This document shows, one piece after another, positions 26,379-35,247 of a stretch of 39,394 bases of DNA. The position numbers and the translations under genes were made by a program. The number at the start of each line of letters is the position of its first letter. The first letter of the stretch is position 1. The DNA lies in the NCBI GenBank assembly GCA_041489355.1, contig JBGPRB010000002.1:1-39394 (forward strand). Reading direction: 5' to 3'. Source of the stretch: Dehalococcoidia bacterium (GTDB lineage Bacteria > Chloroflexota > Dehalococcoidia > Dehalococcoidales > RBG-16-60-22). The notes under the pieces were generated by a model that was given only the letters and a program-made list of their open reading frames with translations, was not told the origin of the DNA and did not search any database.

Positions 26379-26788
26379 CGCTTCACCTTATAGTCCTCAA
26401 TAATTAATAAGGCTTGTGCATCCCTCGAGATAGTCGCCGTCACTTTCTGGATGTTATCATCATCAGCATCAGGGACAAGGGTAACGGCTACGGATATACT
26501 GTAGTTATCCGTTGTATCAATGACAGGATAGGTAGTAGCAACGGGGTCATAGGGATAGCCCTTGATATACTCCATCTGAGTCCGGGCCAGGCTCTGTGCC
26601 GTAACTTCCTGGTCGCTCTCACTCACCGCCAGTGCACCGGTTGACATTGCCACGACGAAGGCAACGAGCGCCACCCCGATGACAGCAATAGTTATTAAGG
26701 ATTCGACGAGTGCAAGCCCCGTCTCGTCTTTAAATACATTGAGTTTAATGAGCCATTGTTGCGTCTTCCTTGCCATCTTATCACCCAT
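26375..26788 (-). CDS. Minor (pseudo)pilin with long leader
   Basis: ...KDETG/LALVESLITIAVIG with Glu at +5. ATGA overlap with the next gene. Confidence 0.65.
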   Translation of the reverse strand: MGDKMARKTQQWLIKLNVFKDETGLALVESLITIAVIGVALVAFVVAMSTGALAVSESDQEVTAQSLARTQMEYIKGYPYDPVATTYPVIDTTDNYSISVAVTLVPDADDDNIQKVTATISRDAQALLIIEDYKVKR

Positions 26789-26797
26789 CCCCGCCGG

Positions 26798-28009
26798 TTA
26801 GTGTAAAGACCTGAGTATGGAGTACAGCGGCGTTATCATGGAAGCGCCCATAAAAGCGACCACCAGTCCGACCACTACAATTAAAGCCGGTTCTATCACT
26901 GATATCATGGCGTGAATCGACTGTTCAACCCTGCGCTCATAATAGTCGGCTATTTTTACCAGTGTTGTATCCAGGGTGCCCGTCATCTCTCCTATATTGG
27001 CCATCTCTATCAGAAGGTGAGGAAATACACTATTTTTAGCCATCGATTGCGATAGACTCCGTCCCTGAACCAGCTTACCTCCGACCTCCTCCAGTGCCTG
27101 GCGGATGATTATATTCCCCACGGTTTTAGTGGCAATATTCATTATCTGCGGCATGGGAAGTCCGGCTTTCAGCAACATTGAAGCTGTCTGGCAGAAGCGA
27201 CCGATACTACGCTGGGTACTGATAGCGCTGATTAGCGGAATTTTTAATATTAGCTTGTCCAGAGTTAGTTTCCCGGCTGGCAGCCTTATATAACCAAAAA
27301 CCAGGATAATCAGAGCGCCCAGCCCACCGATAAAATAAAACTTATAGTCTCTGGAAAAATTGCCCATAACCAGGAGTAACTTTGTTATCCACGGTAGTTC
27401 AGCACCAAGCGAGGTGTAGAGTCGGGTTAGCGATGGCAGCACTATGGTTGTCAGCAGGATAAATACCCCGAACGCCATCAGCAGCACCACTGCAGGATAT
27501 ATCAAAGCATGTCCGACTCTTTTTGCGGCGGCTTTCTCTGTCTCCAGATAGCCAGCCATGCGCTTCAGAGCTACCTCAAGGTTACCCGTGGCTTCGCTGG
27601 CTCTAATCATCTGGCAATAAATATCGGAAAATACCTGGGGATATCTGCTCAGAGCCTGGGATAAAGAGTTGCCTTCCTGAAGGTCCCTGGCCAACCCTTT
27701 AAGGATTTTCCTCAGGGCAGCCGAAGGAGCCTGTTCTTCAAGCAGTTGCAGAGCCGTCAGGATAGGAATTCCGGCCTCAATCAGGGCGGCAAGCTGATGT
27801 GAAAAATCAATAACCTGCTGAGTTTTAACTCCGAACAAACTTGGCAGCAACCGGCGTAAATTCAGGCTGGGGCTTATTTCTCTCAGCTTAAGGACGCGGT
27901 GATACCCAGCCCGGTACAGGGCATCCTCCGCCATCCTTTCGGAGGTGGCATCAATGGTGCCCTGGATAATCTTTTTATCGATAGTATAAACACTATACCA
28001 ATACGCCAT
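26798..28009 (-). CDS. pilC: Type IV pilus platform protein PilC (GspF family)
   Basis: Two GspF repeats and three TM segments. Start set at ATG 28009 (AAGGA upstream), which overlaps the pilB end by 17 nt. Confidence 0.9.
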   Translation of the reverse strand: MAYWYSVYTIDKKIIQGTIDATSERMAEDALYRAGYHRVLKLREISPSLNLRRLLPSLFGVKTQQVIDFSHQLAALIEAGIPILTALQLLEEQAPSAALRKILKGLARDLQEGNSLSQALSRYPQVFSDIYCQMIRASEATGNLEVALKRMAGYLETEKAAAKRVGHALIYPAVVLLMAFGVFILLTTIVLPSLTRLYTSLGAELPWITKLLLVMGNFSRDYKFYFIGGLGALIILVFGYIRLPAGKLTLDKLILKIPLISAISTQRSIGRFCQTASMLLKAGLPMPQIMNIATKTVGNIIIRQALEEVGGKLVQGRSLSQSMAKNSVFPHLLIEMANIGEMTGTLDTTLVKIADYYERRVEQSIHAMISVIEPALIVVVGLVVAFMGASMITPLYSILRSLH

Positions 28010-29744
28010 AATTTCCTTTTGAATGATTCCGGGTATCGACACTAACAGAGTACACGCTGCGCAGTACCTCACTCATTGAAGTAATACCCTGGGCGACTTT
28101 CAGCATTCCGTCATGTCTCATGCTGACCATGCCTTCCTTGATAGCCTGCCTTCTGATATCGCTGGCACTGGCATTACCAAGCAGCATCGCCCGGCTTTCA
28201 TCACTTACAGGCAATACTTCAAAAATTCCCGTCCGTCCCCGGTAGCCAGTGTGGGCGCAGAGATTACACCCCACCCCTTTATAAAAGACAGGCGGCGGTT
28301 GTTCCATCTCTTCCTCGTAGGCTGTTAACTCAGCCCCAGATGGTTGGTACGTTGTCCGGCAGCCGGTGCAGATGCGACGAACCATGCGTTGCGCTACAAC
28401 ACCAACCAGCGTCGGAGGGAAAAGAGATGGTTCATCACACATATTTATCAGCCGTAAAAGCACGCTGATGGCATCATTGGCATGAACTGAAGACAGCACT
28501 AGGTGTCCGGTGATGGCAGCCTGCACGGCTGTTGTCGCTGTTTCTCTATCGCGAATCTCGCCCAGAAGGATAACATCGGGGTCCTGGCGCATCATTGCTC
28601 GTAGACCGCTGACAAAAGTAATACCAGCTTTGGCATTGACCTGCGTCTGGCTGATATCTGTGAACCGGTATTCAACAGGGTCCTCAATGGTTAAAATATT
28701 ACGCTCTTTATTATTAAGCTGGGTAATCGATGTGTACAGGGTGGTTGTTTTACCCGAGCCGGTGGGACCCCCCACCACTATCATGCCGAAGGGACAGTTC
28801 AACATCGCCTGGTATTTCTCCAGAGCATAAGGCTGGAAACCTAACTCAGGGAGATTGAAAATAAATTGAAACTTATCCAGAATCCGTAAAGTAACCCGTT
28901 CGCCGTACACTGTATCCGTGGTAGCAACACGAACATCAATATCCCTTTCCCCTGTCCTGAAGGTAAATTGACCATCCTGAGGACTTTTCTGTTGAGCAAT
29001 ATCCATCTTAGCCAGTATTTTGAGCCTGGATACCAGTTCTTCGTTGGCATTGAGAGGTAGTGAGTGTATATCATGTAGAATACCATCAATGCGGTAGCGA
29101 ACTCGTAGTCTGTTTTCCTGCGGTTCAAAATGAATATCTGAAGCCCTATCCCTGACAGCCTGTTCGATGAGCAAATCCAGACTTTCCGCAATAGGTGTCG
29201 TGGCATTTAGCTCCGAGCTAACCTCGGCGTCTCCGATAAGGGCAGGTACTGATTTGCTTACCTGTCTCTCTATTTTTTCGCCTGACCTGTAGTTCAGGTC
29301 AATTGCCCATTCAATATCAGCCGGGACGCCGACGGCTACCTCAATCCTCATCTCAGTTTGAACTTTGAGGTCCTCGATCGTCTGTATATCCTCCGGGTCA
29401 GCCATCACCACGACCAGCGAATCACCGATGACATCCAGCGGGATTAGGGTATGTTTTCGGGCGATGTCCTCAGGAATTAATCTCAGGGCATCGGGGTGAA
29501 CCATGTGTCTCTTCAGGTCGATTAGAGGAAAATTCAGCTGGATGCTGATGGCCTGTGCCAGCTCCTCAGCTTTGAGTAGCCCCCGGGTCACCAGGATATT
29601 ACCGAGTCTGCCCTTCTGAATCTGCTGTAGCTGCAGAGCTTCCTCCAGTTGTTCAGCGGTAATAAACCTCTGCTCAACCAGGATTTCACCCAGACTCTTT
29701 CTTTGTATCTTGGTGATAACTCCCTTTGATTCTTGCCTTTTCAT
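27993..29744 (-). CDS. pilB: Type IV pilus assembly ATPase PilB (GspE family) with MshEN-type N-terminal domain
   Basis: Walker A GPTGSGKT and tetracysteine CTGC...CNLC. N-terminal tandem RLGxxLVxxGLLxxxxLxxALxxQ motifs. Start set at ATG 29744, which forms ATGA with the upstream stop; the ORF-track start at 29840 would overlap by 100 nt. Confidence 0.92.
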   Translation of the reverse strand: MKRQESKGVITKIQRKSLGEILVEQRFITAEQLEEALQLQQIQKGRLGNILVTRGLLKAEELAQAISIQLNFPLIDLKRHMVHPDALRLIPEDIARKHTLIPLDVIGDSLVVVMADPEDIQTIEDLKVQTEMRIEVAVGVPADIEWAIDLNYRSGEKIERQVSKSVPALIGDAEVSSELNATTPIAESLDLLIEQAVRDRASDIHFEPQENRLRVRYRIDGILHDIHSLPLNANEELVSRLKILAKMDIAQQKSPQDGQFTFRTGERDIDVRVATTDTVYGERVTLRILDKFQFIFNLPELGFQPYALEKYQAMLNCPFGMIVVGGPTGSGKTTTLYTSITQLNNKERNILTIEDPVEYRFTDISQTQVNAKAGITFVSGLRAMMRQDPDVILLGEIRDRETATTAVQAAITGHLVLSSVHANDAISVLLRLINMCDEPSLFPPTLVGVVAQRMVRRICTGCRTTYQPSGAELTAYEEEMEQPPPVFYKGVGCNLCAHTGYRGRTGIFEVLPVSDESRAMLLGNASASDIRRQAIKEGMVSMRHDGMLKVAQGITSMSEVLRSVYSVSVDTRNHSKGNYGVLV

Positions 29745-30898
29745 GTTCTTTTTACCACGCTGCGTGAAACGCTGTCTTTGGTTATTTCCGTGGCGATAAT
29801 ACGCTGAGCCAACTCCTTTATGGAACAGGCCATGGGGCAATCGTCATTATTAATTATTGTGGCCTGATTACCCGGTGATGATGTCATGGCACCAGCCTCA
29901 TAAGGTATAATTCCCCATATGCTCACGGCAATGTTAGGTTCAATATATGATTTTATGCTGGGGAGTTCCTTTTGGGAGAAGGTTCCTACCGGATCAGTAA
30001 CCACAGCGCCGATTCGTTTTATAGAGATGCCCAGGAAACGCAAGACGGTAATGGTGGACTTCACTCCTGTCAGGGCTTCAGTGGTGTAGTCACTGACTAT
30101 AATGGCGAGGTCGCATTGCGAAAGAAACGACCTGGTAAGAGCCGTCGGTTGAAACGGCAGATCGACCAGAAAATAATCGGTAGCCTCTCTGAACCTGTCA
30201 AGCGGAAAATCAATATCTTCGGGTATCGTGTCCCCGGAAGGCTGTTGGATACGTATCACACCTACGCCTGTTTCGTGAACCACCAATGCTGGCTCCATAA
30301 CACGACGACCAGGAGCATCTGCAGGCATCTGTACGAGCCGACGGATTGCACTTTTAGGTTTGATTCCGAGACGCTCAGAAATACTACCTTCATAGGGACA
30401 AAGGTCAACGGCGATAACCTGTTTCCCCATTTGCGCCAAAGCAATGGCTACGTTGACCACAACAGTCGTTGTCCCTACTTTCTCTTTAGAGCCAATAAAG
30501 ACGACCATTGGGGAACGAGCATCAGCTTTCTGGGCCAGGAGACCGTCTACCTTGCTGACGATTTCTGAAGGAGTAGCGGGCTTGGTGAGATAATCGTCCG
30601 CACCCATACTTAATCCATTGGCGATATCAGTTCGCTGTGCTTTGCCCGAGAGCATAAGAATGAGTGGTTGCGGCGTTTGTATTTCAGCCCGCAAACGATG
30701 GCAGACCTCCAGACCGTCAATACCTGGTAACATTACATTCAGAATAATGAGGTCAGGCACCTCCTTCCGGGCTATTTGTAGCCCTTCCAGGCCGTTTGAC
30801 GTGGTGAATACCTGATAGCCACGTTTTTTCAGTACATACTCCATCAGCCGAATGGCAATTGGGTCATCCTCGATAACCAGTATCCTCTTACCCATCAT
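29741..30898 (-). CDS. TadZ/CpaE-like protein: receiver-like domain (Asp to Asn at acceptor) + ParA/MinD-like domain with degenerate Walker A
   Basis: The receiver domain is otherwise canonical (EDD, TKP), but LIILNVMLPGIDG carries N54 where the phospho-Asp is expected. The P-loop reads GSKEKVGTTT versus the MinD-type SGKGGVGKTT. Confidence 0.75.
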   Translation of the reverse strand: MMGKRILVIEDDPIAIRLMEYVLKKRGYQVFTTSNGLEGLQIARKEVPDLIILNVMLPGIDGLEVCHRLRAEIQTPQPLILMLSGKAQRTDIANGLSMGADDYLTKPATPSEIVSKVDGLLAQKADARSPMVVFIGSKEKVGTTTVVVNVAIALAQMGKQVIAVDLCPYEGSISERLGIKPKSAIRRLVQMPADAPGRRVMEPALVVHETGVGVIRIQQPSGDTIPEDIDFPLDRFREATDYFLVDLPFQPTALTRSFLSQCDLAIIVSDYTTEALTGVKSTITVLRFLGISIKRIGAVVTDPVGTFSQKELPSIKSYIEPNIAVSIWGIIPYEAGAMTSSPGNQATIINNDDCPMACSIKELAQRIIATEITKDSVSRSVVKRT

Positions 30899-30899
30899 C

Positions 30900-33629
30900 T
30901 CACCTGTTATCCTGTTTCAGAGGTATCGTGAAACTGAAAGTGCTGCCGGCTCCTTCGACACTTTCTACCCATATGCGTCCACCATGGGCTTCGATAATAC
31001 GCTTTGAGATATAAAGGCCAAGGCCCAACCCTCCAACCCTGGTGGTGCTTTTTACCTGGTAAAATTTTTCAAAAAGGGATTTTCTAGCCTCTTCAGCAAT
31101 CCCAATACCCTGGTCAGTAACCTGTACCAGCAAATCGTTACCTCTGACTTCAGCACTGACATCGATGCTACCGCCATCGTTGCTAAATTTAATGGCGTTA
31201 TCAAGAAGATTGAACATCACCTGCCTTAATCGCTGGCTATCTGCTTCAATATCGAGTAGTTGTAAGGGTATATTTTCCTTTATCACTATATTTTTCTGCC
31301 TGGCCACACTATTAAAATCCCGTATGGTACCTTGGAGTAAATCTGCTATCGCGACCCGTTCCTTATTGATATCGAAACGTTCCGATTCGATTGGTGAAAT
31401 GTCAAGTAGTTCATCAACCAGCTTGCGAAGGTGCTCGCTCTGGCCGGCGATAATGGTCAGAAATTCTTTCTGCGTCTCAGTATTTGATACATCACCTTCG
31501 AGTAATAACTTGGTAAAGGCCAAAACTGAGTGCAGCGGAGCTCGCAGTTCATGCACGATATTAGACATGAACTCAGATTGCATTGGGTCGAGATTGTACC
31601 TCTTTTCCGCAGCCTTGGTCATAGCTTCTTCCAGGACTGCCTTGGCGGCTTCGGCTTCCTCTCTGGCGATTCTGGATTCTTCGTTAGCCCTGGCAACGGC
31701 CTTAGCTGAGGCAGTCCTGACTTCCTCAGCCTCCTCTCGTGCCAGTCTGGCTTCTTCATTGGCTTTAGCCACGGCTTTATTTGAAGCTACCTTGGCAGCC
31801 TCGGCTTCCTCTCTGGCCAGTTTGACCTCTTTATCGGCCTTAGCTTTCTCCTTAGCCGAGATTGTTTTAATTTCTTCGACTTCTTCCAGCGCCAGCCGGG
31901 TTTCTTTATTGGCCTTGGCAACGGCTGTGGCCGAAGCTATCCTGGTTGCATCAGCTTCCTCTCGTGCCAGCCTAGCTTCTTCAGCGGCTTTAGCTGCAGC
32001 TATCTTGGCAGCTTCAGCTTCCTCTCTGGCCAACTTGGCCTCCTTGTTAGCCTTGACAACGGCTTTGTTTGAGACTGTCTTGGCGGCTTCAGCCTCTTCT
32101 CTGGCTAGTCTGACCTCTTCACTGGCTTTGGCGATAGCCCTGGCTGAGGTTGCTTCGGCTTCCTCTCTAGCGAGCTTAGCTTCTTTAGTGGCTTTAGTTA
32201 TGGCCTTGGCTAAGGTCGCTTCGGCATCCTCCTGTATCAGTCTGGCCTCTTCTTCAGCTTTAGCCACAGCCTTGGCCGAGGCGGCCTTAATTTCCTCAGC
32301 TTCCTCTCGGGCCAGCTTGGCTTCTTCATTGGCCTTGGTGACAGCTCTAGCCGAGGCGGCCTTGACTTCTCCAACCTCTTCTCTGGCCAGCCGGGTTTCT
32401 TCATTGGCCTTGGCCAGGCTTGCTTCGGCATCTTCCTGTGCCAATCTTGCCTCTTGTTTGGCTTTAGCCACCGCTTTAGCCGAGGTTTTCTTAACTGTCT
32501 CGGCATCCTCTCGGGCCAGTCTAGCTTCTTCACTGGCCCTGGCTAAGACGGCCTTGGTTTCCTTAGCTTCCTCACTGGCCTTGGCTAAAGCAGCCTTGGC
32601 TTTATTAGCTTCCTCCCTGGCCAGCCTGGATTCTTCATTACCTTGAGACAAGACGCTTTTGATTTTCTCAGCTTCCTCCCTGGCCAGTCTGGCTTCTTCA
32701 TGGGCTTTAGCTGCAGCTTTAGTTGAAGCTATCTTGGCGACTTCTGCATCCTCTCTTGCCAGCTTGGCTTCCTCACTGGCCTTGGCTATGATTTTGGCTG
32801 ATGTTACTTTAACTGTTTCGGCATCCAATCGGGCTAACTTAGTCTCTTCCTCTACCCTCTTGCGTTCGGTAATATCGCGTAATGAAGCCAAGTAGGCAGT
32901 TTCTCCCTGGTACTTTATTTCCACCACTTTTACTTCCGCCACAAGATTTTCCCCGTCCCCACGGACTATGCCTAGCTCGGTCTTACCACCTTCAATCGCC
33001 TGCAACGAATCAATCGATTCTCCAAGCAGCTGTCCTGCTTTACAACCAAAGAGGGATTCCACAGCCGGATTGGCAAAACATACTGCTCCCTTCTGGTCCA
33101 CAATGATGATACCGTCAGGGTAACTCTTTATTATGTTAATAAATTGGGCTTCGCTGGACTCTGACTTCGACACAGACCACTGCTGAGCGATGGCATGGTA
33201 GATAGAGCGCGCCAACAGGTCTCTATTCAACTTTCCCTTGACCAAGCATTCCTGGGCGCCCTTTTTCAGTGCCTCAATCTTATCCTTTTCGTTATCGAGC
33301 GGGGACAATATGATGATAGGTATGCCGCCAACTTGAGCGCGCACCTGAGTTAAAGCCTGAAGGCCGCGACCATCCGGTACGCTCTGGTCCAGCAGGAGTA
33401 TATCAATACCTCCTCTGGTAAGACGCTCGATTCCCACGGATAGTCTATCGGCGTACTCCAGAGTGAAGGCCCCCATTACTGCCTGGGTTACCATCTTGCG
33501 TATCAGATAGGCTTCTTTATGGTCACCCGTGATTAGCAGGACCTTTATCGGTTTAATATCGGTTTTTAACCTGACGGCCGGCTCTGAGCTAAGACTTTTT
33601 AGGGGAATCCTGTTTTGGATCTTCTGCAT
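30900..33629 (-). CDS. Soluble hybrid sensor histidine kinase: REC - PAS - 416-aa repeat/coiled-coil - HisKA - HATPase_c
   Basis: REC with LLLDQSVPDG. PAS ending in LRDITERK. H-box SNIVHELRAPL. N box NLLDNAIKFS, G1 DQGIGI and G2 GGLGLGL. No TM segment. Confidence 0.85.
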   Translation of the reverse strand: MQKIQNRIPLKSLSSEPAVRLKTDIKPIKVLLITGDHKEAYLIRKMVTQAVMGAFTLEYADRLSVGIERLTRGGIDILLLDQSVPDGRGLQALTQVRAQVGGIPIIILSPLDNEKDKIEALKKGAQECLVKGKLNRDLLARSIYHAIAQQWSVSKSESSEAQFINIIKSYPDGIIIVDQKGAVCFANPAVESLFGCKAGQLLGESIDSLQAIEGGKTELGIVRGDGENLVAEVKVVEIKYQGETAYLASLRDITERKRVEEETKLARLDAETVKVTSAKIIAKASEEAKLAREDAEVAKIASTKAAAKAHEEARLAREEAEKIKSVLSQGNEESRLAREEANKAKAALAKASEEAKETKAVLARASEEARLAREDAETVKKTSAKAVAKAKQEARLAQEDAEASLAKANEETRLAREEVGEVKAASARAVTKANEEAKLAREEAEEIKAASAKAVAKAEEEARLIQEDAEATLAKAITKATKEAKLAREEAEATSARAIAKASEEVRLAREEAEAAKTVSNKAVVKANKEAKLAREEAEAAKIAAAKAAEEARLAREEADATRIASATAVAKANKETRLALEEVEEIKTISAKEKAKADKEVKLAREEAEAAKVASNKAVAKANEEARLAREEAEEVRTASAKAVARANEESRIAREEAEAAKAVLEEAMTKAAEKRYNLDPMQSEFMSNIVHELRAPLHSVLAFTKLLLEGDVSNTETQKEFLTIIAGQSEHLRKLVDELLDISPIESERFDINKERVAIADLLQGTIRDFNSVARQKNIVIKENIPLQLLDIEADSQRLRQVMFNLLDNAIKFSNDGGSIDVSAEVRGNDLLVQVTDQGIGIAEEARKSLFEKFYQVKSTTRVGGLGLGLYISKRIIEAHGGRIWVESVEGAGSTFSFTIPLKQDNR
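31602..32849 (-). repeat. About 18 tandem, diverged 75-nt (25-codon) coding repeats: EEARLAREEAEaaKxaSAKAVAKAN
   Basis: Residues 261-676 of the kinase. Unit starts fall at residues 261, 286, 311, 332, 353, 367, 392, 410, 435, 460, 482, 504, 529, 550, 575, 600, 625 and 650. Confidence 0.9.
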
Positions 33630-34081
33630 TCACATTCACCTTTTCCATTTTTCATGGCGCTCAAGGCCGATTTATTTGTCAAGACACTGCTACGCTTTCG
33701 AATAAAGCGCATTATCCAGCTTTAGCTCTTTAATCGCTATTCAAACACCATTTTCATTCAGTTTGGTCCGCTATTATTGATGACGGACATCCCCATAAAA
33801 AACTACATATTAGTCATACGGCTGTATGCCTTGTTCATGCCGCTCATTCATCCAGCTCCAACAGCTAAAAAACACAAGCCCATGAACTCCCAGCCTTGAC
33901 TCGCCGTACTTTTATATTTTTAGTCTTATCACCGACGAGTACAGCATCTGATGGAAAATAGGTAACCAGAAGCTGTACTCTGCCATCTTCCACGGGGCCA
34001 TCACACGCCGTGACGGCCCCGGCCGCCGTTGCCAGGTTATTATCACAGACCCCTATACAGCACTGCTTAACCTACTATTAA

Positions 34082-34435
34082 TTAGTGTTGCGTAACCAGC
34101 CCCGTAATATCGCACGTATAATTTGCACTGGTGGTGGCTGAGCGTAAGTAGTTCGGGTATAAGCCTTGGCCAATTGGGAAATCCGACATAGTGGCTGTCG
34201 CGGTAGTAGTAGCGTTCACCGAACTCATTATTAGCTGTGCCATCATCACGTCCATAGCTGTCTGGATAGTTACCAGCTCAGCCTTATCTGCCGCTGTCTC
34301 ACCCCTGTTACTGATTCCGGCGAAGTTGGGCAGAGCCACAGCCATCAATACTCCCAGAATGGCGATGACGATTACCAACTCGATTAAGGTAAAACCCCCG
34401 TTATTCCGATGTATCCTTCTGATTAACCCTTTCAT
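34082..34435 (-). CDS. Type IV (major) pilin
   Basis: MKGLIRRIHRNNGG/FTLIELVIVIAILG class III signal. AAGGAGG RBS. 117 aa. Confidence 0.8.
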   Translation of the reverse strand: MKGLIRRIHRNNGGFTLIELVIVIAILGVLMAVALPNFAGISNRGETAADKAELVTIQTAMDVMMAQLIMSSVNATTTATATMSDFPIGQGLYPNYLRSATTSANYTCDITGLVTQH

Positions 34436-34565
34436 TTGTGTAACCTCCTTGTATTTTTGGATATTGTTTCATTTCTTACATTTCTCTCTTCTTACAATAT
34501 TCACCTCCTGTCTTACTTGGCTATGCGGTTCCCTGACTGCTACTATAGTGAAGAACCGCCCGATA

Positions 34566-34796
34566 TTAATCATTTTCTGACCTAAATTGGCCAATCGAGC
34601 TTATTCGGTTAGCCTCATGATTTAATCTATCGACATCATCCTCGGTAAAGAGTCTCCACCTTCTCCTATCTCTGTATTCGGGTAATTTCAAGTTCCCCTG
34701 TCTGAGCCACCTGAGTAAGGTAGTCCTGCTAATACCAACCATACGGCAAGCCTCGGAGGTTCTATAGTATTTCTGACCATTTAAGGCTATGGGCAT
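34566..34796 (-). CDS. Small HTH DNA-binding protein (MerR/excisionase-like HTH)
   Basis: Start moved to ATG 34796 (AGGAGG 7 nt upstream). YYRTSEACRMVGISRTTLLRWLRQG ... WRLFTEDDVDRL. Confidence 0.6.
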   Translation of the reverse strand: MPIALNGQKYYRTSEACRMVGISRTTLLRWLRQGNLKLPEYRDRRRWRLFTEDDVDRLNHEANRISSIGQFRSEND

Positions 34797-34857
34797 ATTA
34801 CTAATCCTCCTGTCTTCTCCATACACATTAAACAGGCTTGCTCTATTTTGATACAGG

Positions 34858-34886
34858 TTGACATAGTTTGGTCGTATTAATATTAA
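34858..34886 (+). promoter_or_regulatory. Strong consensus-like promoter TTGACA-17-TATTAA
   Basis: The -35 is at 34858-34863 and the -10 at 34881-34886. It lies about 360 nt upstream of the GAF-HD-GYP start. Confidence 0.45.
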
Positions 34887-35247
34887 TACCACTGCGACTG
34901 TTTCTGGTGAACAATACTAACCCTAGTTTTAACTGGAGGATTTACCCTAAAATAACTCAACTCTCAGATTCCCCAATTGATATCAAGCCATCAACCGGCC
35001 AGGTTCAATTTATTTCTGGCTGAGTCTATATTTCTCCTTTAGGCTCTCTTTTTTGATGGATATTGAAGAGAATATGGACCGTAAGGATATTTACTTAATC
35101 TTTGGTTCTTTCTGGCGCTTATTTATGGTTCATTTACCCCTTTGCTGCTATTAATAACATTATTGAAACCTGTGAAAACCCGGCTTGAGATGGCGAAAAA
35201 ACGTATCTGGCCATTCAGCTATATTTGACAGCTGATAAGGAGACAGG

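Noticed and set aside
29745-29840. The ORF-track N-terminal extension of PilB (32 codons) overlaps the upstream gene by 100 nt
   Set aside because: The extension (MPHGLFHKGVGSAYYRHGNNQRQRF...) has no similarity to GspE N-termini. ATG 29744 forms an ATGA coupling junction, and the MshEN motif starts right after it.
31165-32646. 493-aa plus-strand ORF (Ser/Ala/Leu-rich), plus ORFs 32237-32533(-) and 32659-32895(+)
   Set aside because: These are shadow frames of the Ala/Glu/Lys repeat region of the minus-strand histidine kinase. The GCN/GAR-rich repeats keep alternative frames open. The ORFs have no RBS, are low-complexity, and the kinase frame carries bona fide PAS and HisKA domains on both sides.
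34191-34580. 129-aa plus-strand ORF
   Set aside because: It is antisense to the pilin gene, which has a canonical prepilin signal and a strong RBS.
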